Positions 19,939 to 29,393 of a stretch of 64,000 nucleotides of DNA are shown here, one piece after another. The position numbers were made by a program, and so were the translations under genes. The stretch comes from Clostridiales bacterium (GTDB lineage Bacteria; Bacillota; Clostridia; Oscillospirales; CAG-272). Under the pieces are notes generated by a model that had not been told where the DNA came from, ran no database searches, and worked only from the letters and a program-made list of their open reading frames with translations. Positions within the stretch are counted from its first letter, which is position 1, and every line of letters starts with the position of its first letter. The stretch lies in assembly GCA_012841635.1 (NCBI GenBank), contig DUUJ01000001.1:159-64158 (forward strand). The letters are read 5' to 3'.

Positions 19939-20370
19939 ATGATTTTTGAAAACATCCTTGCGCTGACGCTTGCGGAAGCCGCAGCTGCTCCAGGAATGAC
20001 CGGGTACGGCAGCTGGACGACACTTATAATGCTGGCAATCGTTGCAGCGGTGTTCTATTTCTTCCTCTACCGCCCGCAGAAAAAGCAGGAGGCGGAGACA
20101 AACAAGATGCGCAACAGCCTTGAAGTCGGCGACGAAGTTACTACCGTCGGCGGCATCATCGGAGCCGTGGTTTCAATTAAGGGCGAGACCGTCACCATCG
20201 AGACCTCTGCCGACCGCACGAAAATAAGGGTTCTCCGCGATTCGATCCGTTCAATTGACGTCCCGATCAATCCCAAGAAGGAAGAACCCAAGACCCCCGC
20301 AAAATTAAAGAAAGCCGAGAAGGCTGAAAAAGTCGAAGATGGCAAAAAATCCGACGACGCAAAAAAGTGA
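19939..20370 (+). CDS. yajC: preprotein translocase subunit YajC (with Lys/Glu-rich C-terminal extension)
   Basis: FYFFLYRPQKKQEAETNKMRNSLEVGDEVTTVGGIIGAVVSIKGETVTIET is the YajC core. The exact start is uncertain. Confidence 0.8.
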   Translation: MIFENILALTLAEAAAAPGMTGYGSWTTLIMLAIVAAVFYFFLYRPQKKQEAETNKMRNSLEVGDEVTTVGGIIGAVVSIKGETVTIETSADRTKIRVLRDSIRSIDVPINPKKEEPKTPAKLKKAEKAEKVEDGKKSDDAKK

Positions 20371-20401
20371 GTTAATATTAAAGTATTCAGAGGTAACTGA
20401 A

Positions 20402-20551
20402 ATGAAAAACGTAAAAACGCTCAATAAATCCACCTACGCAAAGAAGTCAGTAAACGCCGGATGCGGCGAATGCCAGGTAAGCTGCCAGTCTGCATGCAAG
20501 ACCAGCTGCACCGTTGCCAACCAGAAGTGCGAGAAGAAGAATAAGAAATAA
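20402..20551 (+). CDS. scfA: six-cysteine ranthipeptide precursor SCIFF
   Basis: 49-aa peptide MKNVKTLNKSTYAKKSVNAGCGECQVSCQSACKTSCTVANQKCEKKNKK, hidden inside the track's 70-aa ORF. It has six Cys with the GCGECQ.SCQSACKTSC core typical of SCIFF and lies immediately upstream of a SPASM radical SAM gene. Confidence 0.9.
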   Translation: MKNVKTLNKSTYAKKSVNAGCGECQVSCQSACKTSCTVANQKCEKKNKK

Positions 20552-20557
20552 TCAATA

Positions 20558-21931
20558 ATGCTGCATCAGTTTGAACAAAACGGATATAACATTGCATTGG
20601 ACAGCGCTTCCGGCGCTGTCCATGTTTTAAGCCCTCTCGCCGCGTCGGTATTGCGGCAGATGGCTTCCCTGCCCCTGCCGCCTTCAAAGCAGCCGCCGGA
20701 GGGTTATTCGGAAGAAAAAGCCGAATGCTGGGATGACCTTTATTCCCTTTACGAAGACGGCACGCTTTTCTCGGATGATATCGACATGGAGAACGCCTCA
20801 TACGCGAGCGGTCTCATCAAGTCGATGTGCCTGCATGTCAGCCATGACTGCAATATGCGCTGCCGCTACTGCTTTGCCGGTACCGGTGACTTCCACCGTG
20901 GCAGACAGCTGATGGATCTCGAAACCGGAAAAAAGGCGATAGATTTCCTTTTAAAAGAATCGGGGCCAATCAAGAATCTCGAGCTTGACTTTTTCGGCGG
21001 AGAGCCGCTTTTGAATTTCGACGTCGTAAAAGAGCTTGTCAGATACGGACGGGAAAAAGAAGCGCCTCTCGGCAAGAATATCCGTTTCACGATAACCACC
21101 AACGGCGCCCTGCTTGACGACGACAGCATTGCGTTCATCAACGAACATATGTACAACGCCGTATTAAGCGTTGACGGCCGCCGCGAAGTAAACGACCTCA
21201 ACCGCCCCTTTGAAGACGGAAGCGGCAGTTACGATACGATAATCCCGAAATTCAAGCGGCTTGTCAAAGACAGGAACGCCGACTGGTATGTTCGCGGAAC
21301 ATACACCCGCGACAACCTTGATTTTGCCGAGGATGTGCTTTCGCTGAATGACGAAGGGTTTGATCAGATCTCGGTCGAGCCGGTGGTGCTGCCGGAAGAT
21401 AATCCGATGGCGCTGAGAGAAGAAGATCTGCCGGTGATTGAGGCGGAATATGAGCGGCTTGCGAAGGAAATGATCGAGCGTTACCGCGAAGGAAGACCCT
21501 TTACCTTCTTCCACTTCATGATCGACCTTGACGCCGGTCCCTGCGTTTACAAACGGCTCAAGGGCTGCGGATGCGGCGCGGAATATGTCGCGGTCACTCC
21601 CGGAGGGGATATCTATCCATGCCATCAGTTCGTTGAATATCCCGAATATAAGATGGGCAATGTAAACGAAGGCAAAGTCGACCGCGCAGCCCAGAGGAAA
21701 TTCATGCGCTGCGCCATTACCAGGAACAGCGAATGCAAGCTCTGCTGGGCCAAATATTTCTGCGGCGGCGGCTGTCCCGCGAATAATTACGGCTTCAACC
21801 GCGATATCGAAAAACCTTATAAGTTAGGCTGCGATATCGAACGCAAGCGTGTCGAATGCGCGCTTATGATAAAGGCTGCCGAAGCGGAAATAGACGAAGA
21901 ACGCGAAAACTCATTGATAGCCGGCATATAA
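20558..21931 (+). CDS. scfB: thioether-forming SCIFF peptide maturase (radical SAM/SPASM)
   Basis: CNMRCRYC (CX3CX2C) radical SAM motif; C-terminal SPASM cysteines (GCGCGAEY...CHQF...CKLCWAKYFCGGGCPANN); adjacent to scfA. Confidence 0.9.
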   Translation: MLHQFEQNGYNIALDSASGAVHVLSPLAASVLRQMASLPLPPSKQPPEGYSEEKAECWDDLYSLYEDGTLFSDDIDMENASYASGLIKSMCLHVSHDCNMRCRYCFAGTGDFHRGRQLMDLETGKKAIDFLLKESGPIKNLELDFFGGEPLLNFDVVKELVRYGREKEAPLGKNIRFTITTNGALLDDDSIAFINEHMYNAVLSVDGRREVNDLNRPFEDGSGSYDTIIPKFKRLVKDRNADWYVRGTYTRDNLDFAEDVLSLNDEGFDQISVEPVVLPEDNPMALREEDLPVIEAEYERLAKEMIERYREGRPFTFFHFMIDLDAGPCVYKRLKGCGCGAEYVAVTPGGDIYPCHQFVEYPEYKMGNVNEGKVDRAAQRKFMRCAITRNSECKLCWAKYFCGGGCPANNYGFNRDIEKPYKLGCDIERKRVECALMIKAAEAEIDEERENSLIAGI

Positions 21932-21949
21932 ACGCCGGTTACGGACAAC

Positions 21950-22006
21950 AAAAAAACGAGGACAGTACGGAAATGGATTCCGTTTCTGTCCTCGTTTTGG
22001 TTTTTT
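21950..22006. terminator. bidirectional intrinsic terminator
   Basis: A tract, ACGAGGACAG...CTGTCCTCGT long hairpin, then a T tract between convergent genes. Confidence 0.8.
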
Positions 22007-22007
22007 G

Positions 22008-22436
22008 TTATCTGGATAACACGTCGTCAAATATCTTTTTCGCCCAGCTTTCGATTTTTTCTTTTTCTTCGGGTTTAAGTTTTTTTATGAAGCTGAGGAA
22101 GGGGACATCGACATACAGGGTCTCGCCGACCACTTGGGTCCCGGCTTCGCGAAGAGTGTTGGCGACTGCGTCAACCGTCGCTTTGTCTCCGTTGGCGAAG
22201 ATGGCGACATAGGTTGCCCTCGATTTATCCATCGAGCCGCAGAAAAGCCGAAGATCGTCCGGAAGCTGCTTGCCGACTTTTACTCCGATATAGACAAGGC
22301 GGTCATTGTTGCAGGAATACGCCGGAGGTATCTTGTCTACCGGCTTTTCTCCGCCCAGCATATCATAAATAGCTTCGCCGTAGCTCCTGATCTTGCCGGT
22401 TTCCGGATATACAAGCACACGTGTTTTGATAGCCAT
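22008..22436 (-). CDS. hypothetical protein (flavodoxin-like fold guess)
   Basis: Start moved to MAIKTRVLVYPE, after a GGGAGTG RBS. No motif recognised. Confidence 0.55.
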   Translation of the reverse strand: MAIKTRVLVYPETGKIRSYGEAIYDMLGGEKPVDKIPPAYSCNNDRLVYIGVKVGKQLPDDLRLFCGSMDKSRATYVAIFANGDKATVDAVANTLREAGTQVVGETLYVDVPFLSFIKKLKPEEKEKIESWAKKIFDDVLSR

Positions 22437-22597
22437 AATTTTCACTCCCATCATAATATTTTGCTTGTATTATTATAACATATTCCGAACGGTAATGTTA
22501 TACTTTTGGCGTAAATATTTTATTTTTGTAAATAATCATAAAATCAGATAGCTGTATTTGTGCATTATGCCAAACAGGCTATCTACCTTTAATCGCT

Positions 22598-22626
22598 TGA
22601 CAATTCTTCTCCCGTGTGGTATACTG
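22598..22626 (+). promoter_or_regulatory. sigma70-like promoter
   Basis: TTGACA, 17 nt, TATACT, ~35 nt upstream of the sulfotransferase start. Confidence 0.5.
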
Positions 22627-22659
22627 ATTTCAAACTGTTCAGACGGAAGGTATTATAAT

Positions 22660-23376
22660 ATGTTAATAACCATAATCGGCCGCGGTCACAGCGGTACCCG
22701 CGCCATAAGCAACACTCTTAAGGATTCCGGCGTATATATGGGAGAGCCGCTCAACGGCTCGTATGACCTTATCCCTCCGGACGATATGTATGAGGCGGCG
22801 AGGGTTTTCAGTTTTTATGTCAAATATAAGGGAAACCTTGAGTGGGATTTTTCAAGAGTGCTTGAAGGTCCCATCGACCCGAAATTCAAGCAGCTGATCG
22901 AAAGCTACCTTCATACCGTGCTTTCCTCGAAAGCGGCTTACCGCGGCTGGAAAATTCCCGAGACAACCCTTGTTTACCCCTGGATACAGCGGATGTTTCC
23001 GGAAATATTCTACATTTACTGGGTCCGCGACCCGCGCGACTGCATTTTGAATTCCCATGTAACCGACGATCTCTCGTTTTTCAACGTACCCTATGACCAC
23101 ACCGATAATCTGCGTCTCCGCCGGGCGATAAGCTGGAAATATCAGCGTGAAATAGTGAAGGCAACGCCCAGACCGAGATTCTGGCATACAACCCGATTCG
23201 AAGACATGGTTTTGGAGCAGGAGAAGACGCTTAAGAGCCTTGAAAGCTATCTCGGAATACCGCTTGCAAGAATCGAGATGCGGCCGGAATCGGTCGGCAG
23301 ATACAAGACCGCGGAAGGCGAATATATGTTTGATTTCTTCAAAGAAGACATGGACGAATGCGGATATAAATATTAA
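22660..23376 (+). CDS. sulfotransferase family protein
   Basis: Start moved to MLITIIGRGHSGTR (5'-PSB-like P-loop) with a GGAAGG RBS. The later WVRDPRDCILN resembles the 3'-PB motif. Confidence 0.6.
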   Translation: MLITIIGRGHSGTRAISNTLKDSGVYMGEPLNGSYDLIPPDDMYEAARVFSFYVKYKGNLEWDFSRVLEGPIDPKFKQLIESYLHTVLSSKAAYRGWKIPETTLVYPWIQRMFPEIFYIYWVRDPRDCILNSHVTDDLSFFNVPYDHTDNLRLRRAISWKYQREIVKATPRPRFWHTTRFEDMVLEQEKTLKSLESYLGIPLARIEMRPESVGRYKTAEGEYMFDFFKEDMDECGYKY

Positions 23377-23392
23377 AGGGGGAAAAAATTAC

Positions 23393-24193
23393 ATGAGAAA
23401 ATTCAGCGATTGGCGGGTAGGCGCCTCCACAGCCTGTTTCGGCGCCTGGACACCCGAGTTGTGCGCGGAATATCGTGACGCCGGGATAAAGTCTATGGAG
23501 CTTTCACAGGGTTACGATTCTCTTTTAAATCAGCTTTTATTTATTGATCGGGCAGAACATATAGGCGAGACTACCCGCTCATACGGGGTCGAGCTGCGTT
23601 CGCTGCACCTGCCTTTCAGCGGAGAACTTGATCTCAGCCGTCCCGACGAATTTGCGGAGAAAACGGTCGAGCTCCACCTGAGGCTTATCGAAGCTTCCAA
23701 AAGAGCCGGGATACCGCTTATGGTGGTTCATCCTTCTTCCGAGCCGATAAAAGACGAAGACAGACCTACGCGGCTGGAGATATCAAAGAAAAATCTGAAG
23801 GTACTCGGCGAGAGATGCACCGAATACGGAATTAAGCTCTGTGTTGAGAATCTGCCGCGCACCTGTCTGGGGCGCTGCTCCGGCGATCTTATTTATCTTA
23901 TCGGAGACGAGCCGAACATTTTCTGCGTATACGACACAAATCACCTGCTGATGCAGGATAACATTGAATTCATCCGTGAAATCGGGCATAAAATCATCGC
24001 CCTGCACGTATCCGACTACGATTTCATCGACGAGCGGCACCTGATCCCGGGGATGGGTAAAAACGACTGGAAAGGGATAATAAACGCGCTCGAAGCTGCC
24101 GGATATCCGGGAGACTGGACTTACGAGCTTAAGCGGGAATGGACCGCAAAGCAGGTTTATGAAAACAAAAAACAGCTTGAAGAGCTGCTGTGA
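23393..24193 (+). CDS. sugar phosphate isomerase/epimerase (xylose-isomerase-like TIM barrel)
   Basis: Start moved to the ATG at 23393, after GGGGGAAAA. Shows the LHLPF...MVVHP...CVENL...HVSD metal-ligand pattern of AP_endonuc_2-fold proteins. Confidence 0.7.
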   Translation: MRKFSDWRVGASTACFGAWTPELCAEYRDAGIKSMELSQGYDSLLNQLLFIDRAEHIGETTRSYGVELRSLHLPFSGELDLSRPDEFAEKTVELHLRLIEASKRAGIPLMVVHPSSEPIKDEDRPTRLEISKKNLKVLGERCTEYGIKLCVENLPRTCLGRCSGDLIYLIGDEPNIFCVYDTNHLLMQDNIEFIREIGHKIIALHVSDYDFIDERHLIPGMGKNDWKGIINALEAAGYPGDWTYELKREWTAKQVYENKKQLEELL

Positions 24194-24204
24194 GGAGGGT
24201 AATC

Positions 24205-25278
24205 ATGACCATTTCCGAAGAAATCAGACGGCTGAATCTGCCGCCGATTCTGAAATTCGCCGACGGCCGCGATGTGACCGCCGAAAACTGGCCTCAGCGC
24301 CGTGAAGAGATCCTCGGAATTTTCGAGGAACACGAATACGGCCGCACGCCGCGCGGACCGTTTGAAGTCACGGGAGAGCTTGTCTCGAAACGTGAGGACG
24401 ATTACGCAAATAAGGTGCTGACCGAAAGATACACCCTTAACGTTTGCGACACTGCCGAAAACGTCAAATTCAGCTTCCCGGTTGTTTTTCACACCCCCTA
24501 CGGCGGACGCAAAAAACCGCTTTTTGTATTCATCAACTTCCGCGCGCAGACGCCCGATGAGTACATGCCGGTCGAGGAGATAACCGACCGCGGCGCGGCC
24601 GTCGCGATGATATACTACAACGACGTGGCTCAGGACGCCAACGACGACTTCAAATCCGGCGTAGGACCGCTCTATCCGCGCGATAAATACGACTGGTCAA
24701 AGATCGGGATGTGGGCTTGGTCTATGTCAAGAACCCTTGATTTTGCGCTGTCGCTCGGCAGATACGATGAAAGAAAAATCGCCTGCGTCGGCCATTCGAG
24801 GCTCGGCAAGACTTCCCTCTGGTGCGGCGCTCAGGATGAGCGGTTCAAATATGTGTTCGTCAATGACAGCGGCTGCTCCGGCGACGCCGTAACCCGCGGC
24901 AAGACCGGCGAGAGGATAGTGCATATAACGAACGCCTTCCCCGTCTGGTCAAACGAAAAATACAAGGAATACCGCGGCCGGGAAGAGGAAATGCCCTTTG
25001 ATCAGCATATGCTTGTCGCTGCGGTCGCCCCGAGATATGTCTACGGCGGAACCGCGGTTCTGGATACCTGGGCTGACCCTTATTCGCAGTATATGTCATA
25101 TTACCTTGCAAACGACGTTTACCGCCTGCTCGGAATGAAGCCTGCCGATTTCCCCGACCGCCGTCCGGAAACCGGAGAGCGTTTCTCCGGCGGTTCGATC
25201 GGATTCCATATGAGGCACGGCGCGCATTTCTTCAGCCGCGAAGACTGGCAGTGCTACCTGAGTTTTATGGAGCTGTAA
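24205..25278 (+). CDS. alpha/beta hydrolase, glucuronoyl-esterase (CE15)-like
   Basis: Start at 24205, after GAGGAGGG. The nucleophile elbow CVGHSRLGKTSLW resembles the CE15 G-C-S-R-x-G motif. Confidence 0.55.
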   Translation: MTISEEIRRLNLPPILKFADGRDVTAENWPQRREEILGIFEEHEYGRTPRGPFEVTGELVSKREDDYANKVLTERYTLNVCDTAENVKFSFPVVFHTPYGGRKKPLFVFINFRAQTPDEYMPVEEITDRGAAVAMIYYNDVAQDANDDFKSGVGPLYPRDKYDWSKIGMWAWSMSRTLDFALSLGRYDERKIACVGHSRLGKTSLWCGAQDERFKYVFVNDSGCSGDAVTRGKTGERIVHITNAFPVWSNEKYKEYRGREEEMPFDQHMLVAAVAPRYVYGGTAVLDTWADPYSQYMSYYLANDVYRLLGMKPADFPDRRPETGERFSGGSIGFHMRHGAHFFSREDWQCYLSFMEL

Positions 25279-25281
25279 ACG

Positions 25282-25740
25282 GTGATTACGGAAATTGTCA
25301 TCACCAATATGGTAATGGTCGAGGATAAAGCCGCCGGCAAGGTGCTGGCTCAGCGCCGCGTCAAGAGCTGGTGCGGAGTTGCTTTCCCGGGAGGGCATCT
25401 CGAAAACGGCGAGAGCCTCGAGCAGTCCGCGATTCGCGAAGTATACGAAGAAACCGGCCTTGTTATAAGCGATCTGAAGTTCTGCGGTATCGTCCACTGG
25501 ACAAACTCAGACACCGGATACAATGAACTGATATTTTACTATTCGACATCCGTCTTTTCAGGAGAGCTGAAGCAGAGCGAAGAGGGGGAGAATTTCTGGG
25601 TCAGCATCGATGAGCTTCGCCGGCTTGATCTGTCTCCCGGATTTGATACTCAATTGGAGCTGTTTTTAAATGACAATGTTCACGAGTTGCTTATAAAGTT
25701 TGACGACAGCGGCTCGCCGCTTATCCATCAATGGTTCTGA
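25282..25740 (+). CDS. NUDIX hydrolase
   Basis: Nudix box GGHLENGESLEQSAIREVYEETGL; apparent GTG start 4 nt after the preceding stop. Confidence 0.8.
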   Translation: MITEIVITNMVMVEDKAAGKVLAQRRVKSWCGVAFPGGHLENGESLEQSAIREVYEETGLVISDLKFCGIVHWTNSDTGYNELIFYYSTSVFSGELKQSEEGENFWVSIDELRRLDLSPGFDTQLELFLNDNVHELLIKFDDSGSPLIHQWF

Positions 25741-25759
25741 AAAAACAGCCGGTTTTTGC

Positions 25760-25790
25760 GCCGGAGCGAACAATTTCGCTCCGGCTTTTC
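25760..25790 (+). terminator. intrinsic terminator
   Basis: GCCGGAGCGAA-CAAT-TTCGCTCCGGC hairpin followed by TTTT. Confidence 0.75.
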
Positions 25791-25889
25791 TTATCTTATA
25801 ATATTTCATAATTTACGAGCTTGTATTTTGTTTATAACAGAGATTTTCATACATTTTAAGAATAAAATTATTTATGCTTAATTTCAGAC

Positions 25890-25918
25890 TTGATTTTTTT
25901 GTATTTTTTAGGTATAAT
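25890..25918 (+). promoter_or_regulatory. promoter of SBP paralog 1
   Basis: TTGATT, 17 nt, TATAAT; the same element recurs at 27749-27777. Confidence 0.55.
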
Positions 25919-26006
25919 ATTCAAGATAACACTATCTGTAATCACAGTTTTATTATCTTGTTATTTTTTTAATTCACAGTAATCTTTCACTTATGAAGGA
26001 GCAATT

Positions 26007-27497
26007 ATGAAAAAAAGAATCATGGCTGCCTTTCTGCTCGGAGTTATGCTCTTTTCCTTCGCTGTTTCCTGCGGAAAGAACAACAAGAGCAATCCGGCGT
26101 CAATTACGACCGCACCGAACGCTGACGTTACCGACGCCTCTGCAGACGGCACAACCGCCGAAATCGAGCTTCAGCCGGAACTGCCGGATTATGACTGCGG
26201 CGGCGCTGCATTTACCTTCCTTGTCCGCGGACCTGCATTCAATGAATGGGAATCGCAGGACATCAAAGCCGAGGAAGAAAACGGAGAACCGGTAAATGAC
26301 TCGGTTTTCTCCCGCAACCTTTATATCAACGAAAAGTATAATGTTGAGATAACCGCTGCCGGTGTCGGCGATCCCGGAAACTCGGCAAAGAAGGCGGTAC
26401 AGGCGGGAGACCAGTCCTACGACATATTCATGGCCAACACAAGCGAATCCGCGACTCTTGCCACACAGGGATTTGTTTATAATCTCCACGATATCCCTTA
26501 TCTGAACCTTGAAGCTCCCTGGTGGGATCAGCAGTCGGTGAAGGATCTTTCGATGGCTAATCGCCTTTATTTTTGCACCGGCGACATATCCATCATGTGC
26601 AACGACGCGACCTGGATTCTGATGTTCAACAAGCAGATCGCCGAGGACTTCAAGCTCAATGACATATACGATAAGGTAAAGGAAGGCAAATGGACATTCG
26701 ATCAGATGATCGAATATATGGAAATAGTTTCCGCCGACCTGAACGGCGACGGCGTCATATCTCCGAAAGATGACCGCCTCGGTTTCGCGACACATACATC
26801 CTCTATTGAGGGGCTCTTCTTCGGCGCCGATCTCAAGACCACGTCAAAGGATGACAAGGACATTCCGTATATCGACATGGATACCGATAAGATCGTCAAT
26901 GTCATAGAAAAAGCCAATACCATTATGTGCGACACGAACATCGCATTCAATTTAAGCTCGAATAAATTCGGACTGTCAAGCCCGATAGAGCATCTTCAGC
27001 CGGTATTTGAAAACGGACATTCGCTCTTCTACGGAGAGGTAATGCAGTGTATCATCCGTCTCCGCGCCATGGAGACAAACTTCGGCGTAATTCCCTTCCC
27101 GAAGGCTGACGAACACCAGGAAAATTACAGCCACTTCGTTCACACCACCGGATGCATGGTCTCGGTTCCGCTTTCCAGCGCCGACACCGAGCGCGCCGGC
27201 ATAATCCTCGAAGCCATATCCGCGAAATCCCGTTATACCCTCCGCCGCGCTTATTACGACATCTGTCTTGAAGGCAAGTTCATGCGCGACGTTGAGTCGG
27301 AAGATATGCTCGATATCATTCTCGCTTCCCGCAGCTGGGACCTCGGATATATATACGGCTGGGGCGGTCTCTTCTCCGCATTCAGCAACTGCGTATCCAA
27401 GAACAACACCGACTTTGCATCAAGATACGCATCCGCCGAAACAAAGGCTCAGACGGCTTTGGATAAGACCCTTACCGCATGGGAAGAAAATTCCTGA
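26007..27497 (+). CDS. ABC transporter extracellular solute-binding lipoprotein (LplA-like, ~500 aa), paralog 1a
   Basis: Lipobox FAVSCGK; size and sequence typical of family-1 sugar SBPs; near-identical to the next gene. Confidence 0.8.
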   Translation: MKKRIMAAFLLGVMLFSFAVSCGKNNKSNPASITTAPNADVTDASADGTTAEIELQPELPDYDCGGAAFTFLVRGPAFNEWESQDIKAEEENGEPVNDSVFSRNLYINEKYNVEITAAGVGDPGNSAKKAVQAGDQSYDIFMANTSESATLATQGFVYNLHDIPYLNLEAPWWDQQSVKDLSMANRLYFCTGDISIMCNDATWILMFNKQIAEDFKLNDIYDKVKEGKWTFDQMIEYMEIVSADLNGDGVISPKDDRLGFATHTSSIEGLFFGADLKTTSKDDKDIPYIDMDTDKIVNVIEKANTIMCDTNIAFNLSSNKFGLSSPIEHLQPVFENGHSLFYGEVMQCIIRLRAMETNFGVIPFPKADEHQENYSHFVHTTGCMVSVPLSSADTERAGIILEAISAKSRYTLRRAYYDICLEGKFMRDVESEDMLDIILASRSWDLGYIYGWGGLFSAFSNCVSKNNTDFASRYASAETKAQTALDKTLTAWEENS

Positions 27498-27530
27498 TTC
27501 TTGCCTTGAAAATAATTTCAAATAACGTAT

Positions 27531-27569
27531 CGTCTGACATCGGAATTCCGGTGTCAGACGATTATTTTT
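27531..27569 (+). terminator. intrinsic terminator
   Basis: CGTCTGACA...TGTCAGACG hairpin followed by a T tract. Confidence 0.75.
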
Positions 27570-27748
27570 GTATTAAAATATATATATTGATTCTTTTGCA
27601 ATGTTATTCCATATTAATTATATAAGCTTCTTCCGTAATTTTTGTATCAAGCTTTAATAATACATTTTTCTTTATGAGCCGATATTTTGTATATAACGGA
27701 GATTTTTTTGTTTTTTTGCCGTTTTGTAAATAACGCTTAATTTCTGAC

Positions 27749-27777
27749 TTGATTTTTTTGTGTTTTTTAGGTATAAT
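27749..27777 (+). promoter_or_regulatory. promoter of SBP paralog 2
   Basis: TTGATT, 17 nt, TATAAT; a duplicated copy of 25890-25918. Confidence 0.55.
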
Positions 27778-27868
27778 ATTCTTTATAACAGCATATTATT
27801 ACAGAGCTTTTTATAAAGTAAAGAATCTGTTAATGCGCAAATATAACATATCTTGTAAGGGGGATATT

Positions 27869-29359
27869 ATGAAAAAGAGAATCATTGCCGCAATACTGTT
27901 GAGCGCCATGCTCTTTTCCTTCGCCGTTTCCTGCGGAAAGAGCGATAAAGGCAACCCGGCATCGGTTACGACGGCGGCAAATGCCGACGCAACCGCAACC
28001 TCGGCAGACGGAACGACCGCCGAAGTTGAGCTGCAGCCGGAACTTCCGGAATATGACTGCGGCGGCGCAACTTTTACCTTCCTTGTCCGCGGCCCTACAT
28101 TCAACGAATGGGAATCGCAGGATATCGGAGCTGAGGAAGAAAACGGCGAACCGGTTAACGACTCAGTTTTCTCCCGCAATCTCTATATCAACGAAAAATA
28201 TAATGTCGAGATAGCCGCTGCCGGTGTCGGCGACCCCGGCGCTTCGGCAAAGAAAGCGGTTCAGGCAGGAGATCAGTCCTACGACATCTTTATGGCCAAC
28301 ACAAGTGAATCCGCGACTCTTGCCACACAAGGATTTGTTTACAACCTTTACGACATCCCATATCTGAACCTTGAAGCTCCCTGGTGGGATCAGCAGTCGG
28401 TGAAGGACCTTTCGATGGCAAATCTTCTTTATTTCTGCACCGGCGACATATCCATCATGTGCAACGACGCTACCTGGATTCTGATGTTCAACAAACAGAT
28501 CGCCGAAGACTTCAAGATCAGCGGCATTTATGATCAGGTCAAGGAAGGCGTCTGGACATTCGACCAGATGATCGAATACATGGAGCTGGTTTCCGCCGAT
28601 CTTAACGGCGACGGCGTCATATCTCCGAAAGATGACCGCCTCGGATTTGCGACGCACGCTTCTTCCATTGAAGGTCTCTTCTTCGGCGCCGATCTCAAGA
28701 CCACTTCAAAAGATGACAAAGACATTCCGTATATCGACATGGATACCGATAAGATCGTCAATGTCATCGAGAAGGCTAACGTTATAATGTGCGACACCAA
28801 CATTGCCTTTAACCTCAGCTCAAACAAATTCTCAATGTCAAACTGCCTTACCGACCTTCAGCCGGTATTTGAAAACGGACATTCGCTCTTCTACGGAGAG
28901 GTTATGCAGTGCATTATCCGACTCCGCGCCATGGAGACCAACTTCGGCGTCATTCCCTTCCCGAAGGCTGATGAAACTCAGGAGCGTTACAGTCACTTCG
29001 TTCACACCACCGGATGCATGGTTTCGGTACCGCTTTCCAGCGCAGATACCGAGCGCGCGGGTATAATTCTGGAAGCTATGGCTGCTAAATCCCGCTATAC
29101 CCTCCGCAGAGCTTACTACGACATCTGCCTTGAAGGCAAGTTCATGCGCGACGTTGAGTCGGAAGATATGCTCGATATCATCCTCGCTTCCCGCAGCTGG
29201 GACCTCGGATATATCTACGGCTGGGGCGGTCTCTTCTCCGCATTCAGCAACTGCGTTTCCAAGAACAACACCGACTTCGCTTCGAAGTTCGCATCCGCAG
29301 AAACAAAGGCTCAGACGGCTCTCGATAAGACTCTTTCCGCATGGGAAGAAAACGCCTGA
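27869..29359 (+). CDS. ABC transporter extracellular solute-binding lipoprotein, paralog 1b
   Basis: Start moved to MKKRIIAAILLSAMLFSFAVSCGK (RBS AAGGGGGA). Collinear with 26007-27497 and nearly identical over the C-terminal half. Confidence 0.8.
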   Translation: MKKRIIAAILLSAMLFSFAVSCGKSDKGNPASVTTAANADATATSADGTTAEVELQPELPEYDCGGATFTFLVRGPTFNEWESQDIGAEEENGEPVNDSVFSRNLYINEKYNVEIAAAGVGDPGASAKKAVQAGDQSYDIFMANTSESATLATQGFVYNLYDIPYLNLEAPWWDQQSVKDLSMANLLYFCTGDISIMCNDATWILMFNKQIAEDFKISGIYDQVKEGVWTFDQMIEYMELVSADLNGDGVISPKDDRLGFATHASSIEGLFFGADLKTTSKDDKDIPYIDMDTDKIVNVIEKANVIMCDTNIAFNLSSNKFSMSNCLTDLQPVFENGHSLFYGEVMQCIIRLRAMETNFGVIPFPKADETQERYSHFVHTTGCMVSVPLSSADTERAGIILEAMAAKSRYTLRRAYYDICLEGKFMRDVESEDMLDIILASRSWDLGYIYGWGGLFSAFSNCVSKNNTDFASKFASAETKAQTALDKTLSAWEENA

Positions 29360-29393
29360 TTTTGATATTCTGATACGCAGATATAACCAAAAT

